Positions 33,505 through 46,563 of a stretch of DNA of 64,000 nt are shown here, piece by piece. The stretch lies in contig OY970173.1 in NCBI GenBank assembly GCA_963707635.1, positions 2,528,001 through 2,592,000 of the forward strand. Direction: 5' to 3'. Both the position numbers and the translations under genes were made by a program. How positions within the stretch are numbered: the stretch's first letter is position 1; the number at the start of each line of letters is the position of its first letter. Below the pieces are notes generated by a model. That model did no database searches and was not told the origin of the DNA. It worked only from the letters and a program-made list of their open reading frames with translations. Origin of the DNA: Candidatus Latescibacterota bacterium (GTDB lineage: Bacteria; Krumholzibacteriota; Krumholzibacteriia; WVZY01; JAKEHA01).

Positions 33505-34263
33505 GTGCCCGCCCACACCGCGCCCCTCGTCGTCTCCGCAGGAGACATCCGATTCGTGGCCGACACCCACTTCCGGGATCGCCGAATTCCGGGCGAGGCC
33601 GTGCGGCGAGATCGCTTCATACGATTCCTGGACGCCACCCCGGCGTCCACCGTTCTGTTTCTGCTTGGCGACATCTTCGACTTCTATTTCGAGTACCGCT
33701 CGGTGGTCTCCCGCCGCTATCTGGACGTGTTCGCCGCGCTGGCGCGGTGCCGCGACCGCGGCGTGGAAATCCATTTCCTCGGCGGCAACCACGACCACTG
33801 GGTAGGCAACTTCTTCTCGCGCGACCTGGGGATCGTGGTTCACCGGGAGGAGATCTTCATCCAGGCGCAGGGACGTCGCGTCGTGCTCGCCCACGGCGAC
33901 CTGGTCATGCCGGGCGACTACGGATACAAAGTCCTGAAGAGTGTTATTCGAAATCCGGCCGTGGTCGCCGTGTCGCGCTGGATCCACCCGGATCTGCTCG
34001 ACGCCATCGCGGGTGCGGTAGCGCACGGCAGCCGCGAATACTTCACCGTCCCGCAGGAGCGCCGCGCCCGCGCCGTGCTGGAGCACGCGTGGGGCCACTT
34101 CTACCGCCGCGGCAACGACGCCTTCGTGATGGGGCACGTGCACTATCCGATGCACGAAGCCCGCGAGGGGCGCGAGTTCATGATCGTCGGAGACTGGTTC
34201 GAGTCTTCCACCTTCGGAAGGCTCTCGGGGGGGCGGCTGGGGCTGGAGACGGTCAGAAGCTGA
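33505..34263 (+). CDS. lpxH: UDP-2,3-diacylglucosamine diphosphatase (LpxH-like metallophosphoesterase)
   Basis: ADTHF, LLGDIFDFYFEY, GNHDHW, AHGD, MGHVH, GDWF; GTG at 33505 after AAGGAG. Confidence 0.85.
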   Translation: MPAHTAPLVVSAGDIRFVADTHFRDRRIPGEAVRRDRFIRFLDATPASTVLFLLGDIFDFYFEYRSVVSRRYLDVFAALARCRDRGVEIHFLGGNHDHWVGNFFSRDLGIVVHREEIFIQAQGRRVVLAHGDLVMPGDYGYKVLKSVIRNPAVVAVSRWIHPDLLDAIAGAVAHGSREYFTVPQERRARAVLEHAWGHFYRRGNDAFVMGHVHYPMHEAREGREFMIVGDWFESSTFGRLSGGRLGLETVRS

Positions 34264-35164
34264 AGCCGAGACCAAAGCGGTGGCTGTCGCCGAGGTCGTT
34301 GGAAACGGGAAGGAACGCGTAGTCGAACTGGACACCGCTGTAGGTCACGCCGAAGCCGAAGGTGGCGCCCTGCGAATCAAAGCCCGCCTTGTACCCGGCC
34401 CGCAGCGCCAGCATGCGCCGATACGAGTACTCCGCGCCGATCTGCTCGCGAACGTCGTCGTCATTGGGAAACACACCGTCGAGGGCGAACAGGAGCCGGC
34501 CGTCGAGAGCGACGACTTCGCGCTCGTAGCTCGCCCCGACCTTGAGGTAGCGCGGGAGGGCGTACTCCTCGCTGTCGAATTTCATCGGCGTGCCCAGGTT
34601 GCCCGCCACGGCCGCCAGCTTCACCCCGCGGATCTTCGAGACGTGGTAGAGGCCCACGTCCACCGCGATTCCACTGGCGGTGAGCTCGTCGATGCGCTGG
34701 TAGACCGGCTTGACCGCCAGTCCCACCGCGAGGTTGGGCACCAGGTAGCGGGCGTAGGCGATCGACACCGCCACGTCGTAGGTACCGAACTCGCCGAGCG
34801 GCTGCACCGACCCAAACTCGTCGCGCCGCTCCATGTCGTCCATGTAGAGGCCGGTGAACGAGAACCCGAACGTCCCCCAGTCGGTCTCGTGCGTCACCGC
34901 CGCCTGCTCGACCCGCATCGATAGAAAGTACTCGGTGTGTGCCAGCGTCAGATCGGTCCCCAGCACGGCCGCCATCGCGGCCGGATTCCAGTACACCGTC
35001 GACGCGTCTTCGGCGACGGCCACGTAGGCCTCCCCCATCGCGGACGCGCGCGCCCCCATGCCGATGCGCAGGAAGAGCGCCCCGGCCGAACCGGGATCGC
35101 CCGCGTGGGCGACGGCAGGCGCCAGCAGGGCCAGTACACCGATGATCACTCGCTGCCAGCGCAT
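34253..35164 (-). CDS. PorV/PorQ family outer-membrane beta-barrel
   Basis: FLRIGMGARASAMGEAYVAVAEDASTVYWNPA, GAEY…LRAGY, C-terminal HRFGLGFSF. Confidence 0.88.
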   Translation of the reverse strand: MRWQRVIIGVLALLAPAVAHAGDPGSAGALFLRIGMGARASAMGEAYVAVAEDASTVYWNPAAMAAVLGTDLTLAHTEYFLSMRVEQAAVTHETDWGTFGFSFTGLYMDDMERRDEFGSVQPLGEFGTYDVAVSIAYARYLVPNLAVGLAVKPVYQRIDELTASGIAVDVGLYHVSKIRGVKLAAVAGNLGTPMKFDSEEYALPRYLKVGASYEREVVALDGRLLFALDGVFPNDDDVREQIGAEYSYRRMLALRAGYKAGFDSQGATFGFGVTYSGVQFDYAFLPVSNDLGDSHRFGLGFSF

Positions 35165-35189
35165 GGTGGAAACTCCTTGTCGCACGGTG

Positions 35190-38100
35190 CTACCGCCTGA
35201 TCGCGAACGGCTTGACGACCGAGCCGCTCCCGCTGTCCGATTCGATGCGAATCCGCAGAATATACACGCCGCTCTTGAGCGTGTGGACGTCGATGGCTTC
35301 GTCCAGCGGCATGTTCACGACGCCGTTCGGGTTGACGTCGAACGACTCCGACACCGCCTCCTGCCCCTCGATCGTGTACACGGAGACGACCGCGGTCGCC
35401 CTGGCGTTGGTCGTGATCCGCGCGTGGACGACGTCGCCGGTGACGGGGTTCGGATATATGATAAACGATTCCGGGTCGAACGTGCTCGACGCGGGTGCAA
35501 CCGCGGACGCGAGTGTCACGCGCCCGCTCCGCGTGAGATCCGCGCGCGCCATGGTCCAGTACTCCACCTGCGGAGCGCCGGCAACCGACTGGATCGACAG
35601 CGCGGTCTCCGGGCTCACGTCGAGCGTGTCCGTCACCACGTCGATGCCGCGCAGGCGGCCGGGGGACCCGAGCACGACCAGGCGCCGCGCTCCGGCGGAC
35701 GTCTCCGCCAGCGTGGGAGCGCCGCCCGCTTCCGCAGGACCCACGCGGGGGAATCCGGCGATGGCGCCGCCGGCGGCGCCGAACGCCGCCAGAGTTCCAT
35801 CGTCGAGCGGAAACAGAACGTCCGCCACCCCGTCTCCGTCGATGTCCGTCACCAGCGGGCTCTCGTTCGAACGCGCCGACGCGAGCGGGGGTTGGTCGCC
35901 CGCCGATTCCGGCCGGATGACCCGCGGCCACTCGATCACGGGCCGCACGTTCGCCTTGAGAAGATACAGGTACTGGTCGTCCCAGATGGCGATCTCCAGC
36001 GTGCCGTCACCGTCGACGTCGCCGAGCGCGGGAGCCGACGGGTGCGGCGCGCGCAGGCGCCCGTCCGCGCGCGTGACGGGTCCCGAGAACGCGGAGGAAA
36101 ACTCGAACGCGAGCACGCCGCCGTCGGGCAGCGCGACGACGATCTCGTCGTCATCGTCGCCGTCCATGTCGCCGACCGCCGGCGCCGTCGGCACGAAGCT
36201 CGCCGGGTCGTAGCCGGCGGGAACGACGATGTCCTCTTCCCACGCGCGCGGTGCCCCCGGCGCGGCGCCGGAGACCGAGAACGGAACCCACGCCACGCGA
36301 ACCCGGGCGGCCAGGGTGTCGACGCACGCGAGCACGACCCCGCGCGTATGCGCCGCACCGTCGCTCACCTCGGCGATCGCCAGCGGAGCCGCGATCGCGC
36401 CCGCCGTCGAATACGGCCACATGCCCGCGACCGACGGCGTCGCCGGATTCACCACGGCGCCGCTCGCGTCCACGAAGCGCACCCGGAGGTTCGTCCCGTC
36501 GTGCTCCACGATCGCCACTTCGGGGGCACCCCCGTTTACATCGACCAGAATCGGCGGCGCCGCCATCGGCAATCCATGGAACAGAATGCCGGTGGTCGCC
36601 GGGTTCGCGTCGCCGTCGACGAGCTCGCTGCCGTTCGACTTCCACGCAAAGACGTCGCCGCCGGATCCCGACGCCACCAATTCGACGCCCGCGGCTCCGT
36701 CCAGGTCGGCGAAGGCGGGGGCACCCGCCCACGAAACGCCCGGCACCGCGATGAACGGCGCGATCGTGGCGGGGTTGCTGTCGGGGTCGTTCCACTCCAC
36801 ACCGCCGGGCGTGAACACATAGACACCCGCGTCGTCGGAGAGGGCGACGATCTCGGCGGTGCCGGATGCGTCGAGGTCCACCACCGTGGGCGGCTGCGCG
36901 GGCGACGACGCGCCCCAGCGCGCGCGCGCCTCCTGGTAGGCCACGTCGCGCCGGACCACGACGGTCATCGCCGGCCCCGGTGCGGAGAGGGTTTCGATCA
37001 CGATGCCCGTCGCCGCGCCCGAATTCGACCGCGAGGACGGTTTCGTGTCGGGGCCGAAGAGCGTGCGAGCATCATTCGCGGCGCGATACGAATCGAAGAA
37101 ACTGCCCAGCGCGAACAACGCGGGCCCGCCCCGGTCGAGATCCTGCACGCCGTCCGCTTCCTCCAGGTCGACTCCTTTGCGGGCGACGTAGTCGTCCGGG
37201 AGATACCCCTGACCGACGGCGTCGCGAACGACCGCCTCGTCGATGTGCCAGATGTAAATGCCGCTTCCCGTCTGGCGACGGGTCACCTTGAATCCGTAGT
37301 CCGGATCGTACCGTTCCGATGCGGGGTTGGTGAGATCGGTGAGAAAGAAATCGAACTCAGCGCCTTCCAGCGACTCGTCGTTGGCCGGAATGAGGTTGCT
37401 GTCCGCGTCGCCGAACGTGAACAGGCTGTCGAAATTCGCGTCGTGGACGCGATTGGCCACGAGGTAATACTCGTTCTCCGTGATCGGCACGCGGAGACAG
37501 ACGGTGTCCGCGGGACCGCCGGTATTGATGTCGGCGAGCGAGATCGTCGCGGGAGCGGCGCTCGCATCGACGAGGACGGGATCGATCCACCCCGCGATGA
37601 GCCGGTTGAACTCGCACGGGAACGCGGGCACGAACCCGTTGACGTTGAACAGCCCGTACGCCATCAGGCAGAAGCTCCCGACTCCCTGGGAATCCGCCGC
37701 GCCGGCGGGAGTGGAATCGAACATCGGGAGCAGGCCGATCCGATTCCCCAGCTCGAACGCCCACACGCCGAGGGTGCCGACGGTGTAGTAGTCCTGGGAT
37801 GCATCCGAGGGCACGACGGAGAAATTGTCGACGAAGAAGGGGGATCCGCCGGCCACGTCGTTAGTCGCGAGCCCGGGGTCGCCCGGGTCGTCCAGCGCCG
37901 ACTGGATGTCCGACTGATCGTAGAAACTCGACCAGATCTGATTGGGCGAGTCGCCGGCGATGTCGGTCTCCTGCCCGGCGCCGGCGTGGATGATGAAGAC
38001 GTGATCGTACGCGGCGAAGTCGACGGAGTCATCCGCGAGGTCGATGACCTCCTGCGCAAGCTCGACGACGCGATCATCTTCGGTTGCGTCCGCACCGTAG

Positions 38101-38549
38101 TAGGACATGCGATGCGGCAACGAATAGAGCGTGTCGGGGAGCGTCCAGCGAACGGTCAGGCGACCGCGCGACGCGCCCCGGTAGTACTGCTCGAGGTGCT
38201 GCAACTCGTTTCCGAACCACGTGGAGTCGCGGGGTGTCCGCGTGCTGCCCGGCTGCCCACCCATCAACGTGTCGACAAACTGCACCTGAAAGGCGATCAG
38301 GCGTACCGTGTCGAGCGAGGCGACCGCACCGGCGCTGAAGCGGCTCACCCGGTCGCGCTGGTAGCGGTTGAGGCCGCTGGACGCCGGCGGGGACAGGGCC
38401 GAAACCGAAGCCTGACCCTTGTCCCCCGGGACCCGGTACGCCGGGGCCCGCCTGCCTGCCTGCGCGCTCGAGGCGCACACGAGCCACGCGAGAGCGAGGA
38501 GCGTCGGGAACGCGAACCCGCGAGACGAACGACGGATGCTTAGCTTCAA
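35190..38549 (-). CDS. M6 (immune inhibitor A)-like domain + FG-GAP repeats + C-terminal sorting domain; zinc motif degenerate
   Basis: IIHAGAGQE, GVGSFCLMAYG, GWIDP, EYYLVANR, GIYIWHID, DLEEADG; FG-GAP repeats (GDMDGDDDDEIV, GDVDGDGTLEI); C-terminal YPNP…SGVYILRI…KPFAIRR. Confidence 0.85.
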   Translation of the reverse strand: MKLSIRRSSRGFAFPTLLALAWLVCASSAQAGRRAPAYRVPGDKGQASVSALSPPASSGLNRYQRDRVSRFSAGAVASLDTVRLIAFQVQFVDTLMGGQPGSTRTPRDSTWFGNELQHLEQYYRGASRGRLTVRWTLPDTLYSLPHRMSYYGADATEDDRVVELAQEVIDLADDSVDFAAYDHVFIIHAGAGQETDIAGDSPNQIWSSFYDQSDIQSALDDPGDPGLATNDVAGGSPFFVDNFSVVPSDASQDYYTVGTLGVWAFELGNRIGLLPMFDSTPAGAADSQGVGSFCLMAYGLFNVNGFVPAFPCEFNRLIAGWIDPVLVDASAAPATISLADINTGGPADTVCLRVPITENEYYLVANRVHDANFDSLFTFGDADSNLIPANDESLEGAEFDFFLTDLTNPASERYDPDYGFKVTRRQTGSGIYIWHIDEAVVRDAVGQGYLPDDYVARKGVDLEEADGVQDLDRGGPALFALGSFFDSYRAANDARTLFGPDTKPSSRSNSGAATGIVIETLSAPGPAMTVVVRRDVAYQEARARWGASSPAQPPTVVDLDASGTAEIVALSDDAGVYVFTPGGVEWNDPDSNPATIAPFIAVPGVSWAGAPAFADLDGAAGVELVASGSGGDVFAWKSNGSELVDGDANPATTGILFHGLPMAAPPILVDVNGGAPEVAIVEHDGTNLRVRFVDASGAVVNPATPSVAGMWPYSTAGAIAAPLAIAEVSDGAAHTRGVVLACVDTLAARVRVAWVPFSVSGAAPGAPRAWEEDIVVPAGYDPASFVPTAPAVGDMDGDDDDEIVVALPDGGVLAFEFSSAFSGPVTRADGRLRAPHPSAPALGDVDGDGTLEIAIWDDQYLYLLKANVRPVIEWPRVIRPESAGDQPPLASARSNESPLVTDIDGDGVADVLFPLDDGTLAAFGAAGGAIAGFPRVGPAEAGGAPTLAETSAGARRLVVLGSPGRLRGIDVVTDTLDVSPETALSIQSVAGAPQVEYWTMARADLTRSGRVTLASAVAPASSTFDPESFIIYPNPVTGDVVHARITTNARATAVVSVYTIEGQEAVSESFDVNPNGVVNMPLDEAIDVHTLKSGVYILRIRIESDSGSGSVVKPFAIRR

Positions 38550-38636
38550 CGTGGTAGACTTCTGTGGAGAGGTATCGCAGTCGGGAATTCGAAAAACACG
38601 TCCGCGGCCCTGGAGCTGGGCCGGGAAACGGCTCTG

Positions 38637-38665
38637 AATCTAGCGGACGTGGGTCTGGTTTTCAA
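38637..38665 (-). promoter_or_regulatory. Putative sigma70 promoter for the M6-like/PorV pair
   Basis: Minus strand TTGAAA-N17-TAGATT. Confidence 0.5.
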
Positions 38666-38666
38666 C

Positions 38667-38739
38667 GGTAAAGGGGGAGTTGTCGCCCGTAATTCGCCGC
38701 CCCTGATCGACGCTTACTCCGGCGCAACTCCCCCTTACC
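38667..38739. other. Long imperfect inverted repeat (3' hairpin or terminator of the DUF4384 gene)
   Basis: GGTAAAGGGGGAGTTG … CAACTCCCCCTTACC with inner CGCC/GGCG and GTAA/TTAC pairs. Confidence 0.6.
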
Positions 38740-38797
38740 TGGTCGGCTTGCCTAACCAGCCTACTCGACGCTACCAGCCAACCAACAAAACGGTTGC

Positions 38798-39883
38798 CTA
38801 CTGGGCCTGACGGACTTTCTTCCTGGCTCCCTTCTCATTCGAGCCTTTTTCAAGCGAGCCTTTTTCAAGCGAGCCCTTCTCGGGCGAGCCTGACTTCTCT
38901 CCACCGGCCTGTGCGATCTTCTCGCTCCGTAGCGGCGACACCGCGTGCGATCGCGAATGTTCGATGGGAGCGCGCGACATAGCACCCGTCGCGCGTGTGT
39001 CCTTCGCGCGCAGGCCGCTCTCCGACGCTCGCGTGCGACTGGTCGAAACGACGCGCACGGGAGTGACGGTGTGTGATTCTCTCGATTCCTTGAACGTCGT
39101 CCGCCTGGCGACCATCGGCTCGGCGGCGCGCCCGGGCTGGACGCGGCCCGTCAGATGCGCACCCGCCGCGTACTCGCGCTTGAACTTCGCCGGCCGAATC
39201 GCCTCGTACGGAGCAGCAGCGTGCGCGCGATACGACGCGTACACGTCGTCGCACAGCCGGCAGCCTCCGCCGACGCGCACGTGGAAGCCGGGGCCTCCGA
39301 CGCACAGGTACGAGGGGTAGCGGACCCACTCGCGAACATAGAACCTCGCGTAGCCCACGCCCACGCAGTCCCACCGGCACGAAGCGGGCAGCAACGAGAC
39401 GTAGAAGTCGCGGCACGCGACGAACGGGTCCCCGGTGATTCGATATCCGAATCCGCCCAGGAAGACGCTCTCGCCGTAGGGTGAGTAGTCGAACGGCACC
39501 GGGCTTCCGACGCCGAACACGTAGGCGATCCCGCAGCCGTCGAGACGATCGAGACCGAGGTCGCAGGCGCGGTAGCAATAGGTGGCGCCGCCCCGCACCC
39601 AGCCGTCGTCGCAGGCAGCGCTCGGATTGAGCACGTGGATGAATCCGGCGGTGTCGACGAGCCACAGCGACGTGTAGCAGTCGCGTTCCGCGCGCAGCCA
39701 CACCGTGACATCGCCGTAATCGTTGAACACGTCGCCGCCCTCGACCCACACGTTCACACCCGCGTAGCCGGACACCGTGAACGGGGTTCCGTGCCTGGCC
39801 TCTCCGGCCGGCGCGAACCAAAGGACCACCGCCACCGTGAGCGCGGCGCATGCCAGTGTCTTATGCAGAGTCGTGTGTTTCAC
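38798..39883 (-). CDS. Exported DUF4384-domain protein with low-complexity basic C-terminus
   Basis: Signal peptide; VNVWVEGGDVF…VTVWLRAERDCY…VDTAGFIHVLNP; GTG overlaps the upstream stop, after AGGAGG. Confidence 0.75.
   Translation of the reverse strand: MKHTTLHKTLACAALTVAVVLWFAPAGEARHGTPFTVSGYAGVNVWVEGGDVFNDYGDVTVWLRAERDCYTSLWLVDTAGFIHVLNPSAACDDGWVRGGATYCYRACDLGLDRLDGCGIAYVFGVGSPVPFDYSPYGESVFLGGFGYRITGDPFVACRDFYVSLLPASCRWDCVGVGYARFYVREWVRYPSYLCVGGPGFHVRVGGGCRLCDDVYASYRAHAAAPYEAIRPAKFKREYAAGAHLTGRVQPGRAAEPMVARRTTFKESRESHTVTPVRVVSTSRTRASESGLRAKDTRATGAMSRAPIEHSRSHAVSPLRSEKIAQAGGEKSGSPEKGSLEKGSLEKGSNEKGARKKVRQAQ
38840..38899 (-). repeat. 15-bp tandem repeat encoding (EKGS[L/P/N])n
   Basis: CGAGCCTTTTTCAAG twice exactly, plus two degenerate copies. 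Confidence 0.8.
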
Positions 39884-40725
39884 TGCAGAGTACCTCCTAC
39901 CGGGAGCAGCTCGGGGTTGTTCGGCACCGCCTGGTACGCCCAGTCGAGCGTGACCGTGTTGGCGCCAAAGTTCCGCACAAAGAATTTCGCCCAGTTGGAT
40001 TCACCCTGGCCGTTGACAATACGAACGATGTAGCTGTGATCGACGATGGCCTCCACCGATCCCGAAGGCGCCCAGCCCGTGTCCGGCGCCCAGTCCACGC
40101 TCACGAGGTCGATCACGCCGTAATCCTGGATATCTACTCCGGCCCGCGCGCGGCGTATGTAATTCACTCCGCCCGTGGACTCGAAGTAGATATCCGTGGT
40201 GCTTACATTCCACGCCTGTGATTGGCCCGACAGACTCGAGAAGTCGTAGCCGGCGTGTAACGCGTCTTGCCCCAGTCCGAACAGCACCAAATTGAAACCT
40301 TCCGGCCGCGGAGTGTCGAATACCAGCTCCGGGCTCAGTTCGCTCTCGTTGCCCGCCCGATCGTAGGCGGTAACGGCGTAGAACCATGTCTCGCCGTTGA
40401 CGACGTCCGTGTCGTCGAATGAAGTCTGATTGGAGGGAACGTCTTCGAGGAGGAAGTACGGACCCGGCTCGGTGGTCGAGCGGTACACGCCGTACCCCGC
40501 CAGGTCCGTCTCCAGATTCGCGTTCCAGAAAATACTGACGACGCCGTCACCGGTGACGCTGAAGACCCCGTCGGGTGGAAATGGAGGAGTGTCCACCACC
40601 GCGACGGGGCCTTCATCTTCACATCCAGCAACGAAGGGAAGAGTCAGCGCAGCGACCGCGGCGACGGCACCCGACAGCCTGGCGACGCGATCGATTGGGT
40701 TTCTTGTGCGCAGGTGAAGCGTCAT
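39880..40725 (-). CDS. Lipoprotein with fibronectin type III domain
   Basis: …LPFVAG-C lipobox; TGDGVVSIFW…DLAGYGVYRS…NGETWFYAVTAYDRAGNES. Confidence 0.85.
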   Translation of the reverse strand: MTLHLRTRNPIDRVARLSGAVAAVAALTLPFVAGCEDEGPVAVVDTPPFPPDGVFSVTGDGVVSIFWNANLETDLAGYGVYRSTTEPGPYFLLEDVPSNQTSFDDTDVVNGETWFYAVTAYDRAGNESELSPELVFDTPRPEGFNLVLFGLGQDALHAGYDFSSLSGQSQAWNVSTTDIYFESTGGVNYIRRARAGVDIQDYGVIDLVSVDWAPDTGWAPSGSVEAIVDHSYIVRIVNGQGESNWAKFFVRNFGANTVTLDWAYQAVPNNPELLPVGGTLQ

Positions 40726-40742
40726 GTCGAGGATTCCCTAGC

Positions 40743-40757
40743 GCAAGCCACGTGCCA
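40743..40757 (-). promoter_or_regulatory. sigma54 (-24/-12) promoter
   Basis: Minus strand TGGCAC-GTGGC-TTGC, an exact consensus, just upstream of the FN3 lipoprotein gene. Confidence 0.75.
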
Positions 40758-40999
40758 CGACGCCGCTCACGCCCGCAGCTGGCCGGGAGCCCCTCCATAA
40801 CCGCCAACCATTGAATCGGTTGTGTCACACAAACGGACGTGCCCCAGCGCCGGACGGGGCGGTTTTCACGCCCCGGGGGCCGAAGAATCCGTTGTGCCTG
40901 GATTACACCAGTGACGCCAAAAAAGGACACTCACACGCGGGGGAATCGGGTCGGGGGGAGGTGGGTTGGGTGGCGGCGGACGTCCGGCCGGGGTGACTC

Positions 41000-41271
41000 A
41001 CAAAAACACCGACGCCCCGATCCGTTCCTGTTGTTAACGTCGAGACCCCACCTCTCGAAATCAACTTACAACGCAAAGCCAGCAGCTTGCTCGGAACGTA
41101 TTCAGGGCGTCGGTTAGAGTTCGTCGCCGTGAGGCTTCGAATCTGCTTCGGTCGAGAGAGACTCCTTCGGTTTCTGTACCCTCTAGTTCAGGATTCTTGG
41201 GGAACTTGCGTTCCCCAAGAATCCATCCCCACCAGATTGGAAGTTCATTTACGCACGGGATGACTTCCGGG
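41000..41271 (-). ncRNA. Candidate sigma54-dependent structured non-coding RNA
   Basis: Starts about 12 nt after a -24/-12 box; 5' hairpin 41239-41268; perfect 15-bp stem with GCAA tetraloop 41191-41224; 10-bp long-range pairing 41105-41114/41008-41017, then a U-tract. Confidence 0.45.
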
Positions 41272-41282
41272 GATGTACCAAG

Positions 41283-41297
41283 GCAACGGCTGTGCCA
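41283..41297 (-). promoter_or_regulatory. sigma54 (-24/-12) promoter
   Basis: Minus strand TGGCAC-AGCCG-TTGC, an exact consensus, about 260 bp downstream of the bEBP stop. Confidence 0.75.
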
Positions 41298-41555
41298 AGG
41301 CCAACTCCGCCCGGCAAGCCCCGGCATCACGGGGGGCATCTCGTTCAAGAGCATGCAATTGCGAAACGATATCCACACTCGAACGCGTGGGCGCATACGA
41401 TACGCGGGCGGGCTAGTATTAAAAGGCGTGTAGACCCTAGCGGGAGTAGTGGCGTAACTGATAGGCACGGAATCGGTTAACCGACTCCAGCCGGCTATTA
41501 AAAAGTTTTATAGTAGAGAGGGGTGACCCGTCGCATGGGGTGCGACGGGAGCCGG

Positions 41556-44612
<3,057 letters not shown>

Positions 44613-44672
44613 CGATTCCCTCGAGCTAGTGGACTATCGTGTTTCAGCAACGGATCGCCGGGCAGAGGCCGC

Positions 44673-44948
44673 CTAGCGCATCCAGATCATGTACTTCCAC
44701 CACATCCCCACGAGGATCATCACGCGGTCGACACGCTGACCCGGTGCCAGACGTTCTTCGACCGTCACCTTGCCACTGCCGCCGCTGCCCATTCCGGACA
44801 ACCCGTCCGCGTCCCCTTGGTTGGAGCCGCCACCGCGGCCGGTGCCAACGGGCGTGGGAGCTGCATAACAGGAAGAGACATCCGGAAAGAGGGCGGAAGG
44901 CGACACGAGTGCCGCGATCATGAGGAGGACTATCGCCGCCCGTTTCAT
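44673..44948 (-). CDS. Small exported protein/peptide precursor (91 aa)
   Basis: AGGAAGGAG RBS; Sec-type signal MKRAAIVLLMIAALV…; Gly/Ser-rich core with GDADG; aromatic/hydrophobic tail; ends 60 bp before the bEBP. Confidence 0.7.
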   Translation of the reverse strand: MKRAAIVLLMIAALVSPSALFPDVSSCYAAPTPVGTGRGGGSNQGDADGLSGMGSGGSGKVTVEERLAPGQRVDRVMILVGMWWKYMIWMR

Positions 44949-45014
44949 ACGTGACCTTCTCCTTCCTCTACAAGAGGATACGCGCGTTCTGGCGCCCGGC
45001 TTTAATTCTTACTA

Positions 45015-45044
45015 AATATATTCTTGCAGGTCATCCGCCGTCAA
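45015..45044 (-). promoter_or_regulatory. Putative sigma70 promoter for peptide-bEBP
   Basis: Minus strand TTGACG-N18-TATATT in an AT-rich spacer. Confidence 0.55.
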
Positions 45045-46430
<1,386 letters not shown>

Positions 46431-46563
46431 GCGGTCGTTCTTAATCGACGTCCAGACAAGAACATTGGGGGTTTTCTCTGTCTCTATGGATAGCACATTA
46501 CCTATAATTGAACCACACCGAATTCGGGTCCCGACCCGGGCCCGACCCGGCAAAGTACGCACC

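Noticed and set aside
35058..38543. 1161-aa plus-strand ORF and similar long antisense ORFs (e.g. 509-2395, 18507-20729, 23233-25278, 27592-29565, 54222-56573)
   Set aside because: Shadow or alternate frames of well-supported genes in high-GC DNA; Arg/Ala/Gly-rich with no recognisable motifs.
41000..41271. CsrA/RsmA-sponge interpretation of the candidate sRNA
   Set aside because: About seven GGA trinucleotides, mostly in stems rather than repeated loops; not clearly above chance.
41061..41468. 135-aa minus-strand ORF across the candidate ncRNA
   Set aside because: No RBS, no motifs, and it spans a promoter box and a perfect hairpin. A coding role is not formally excluded.
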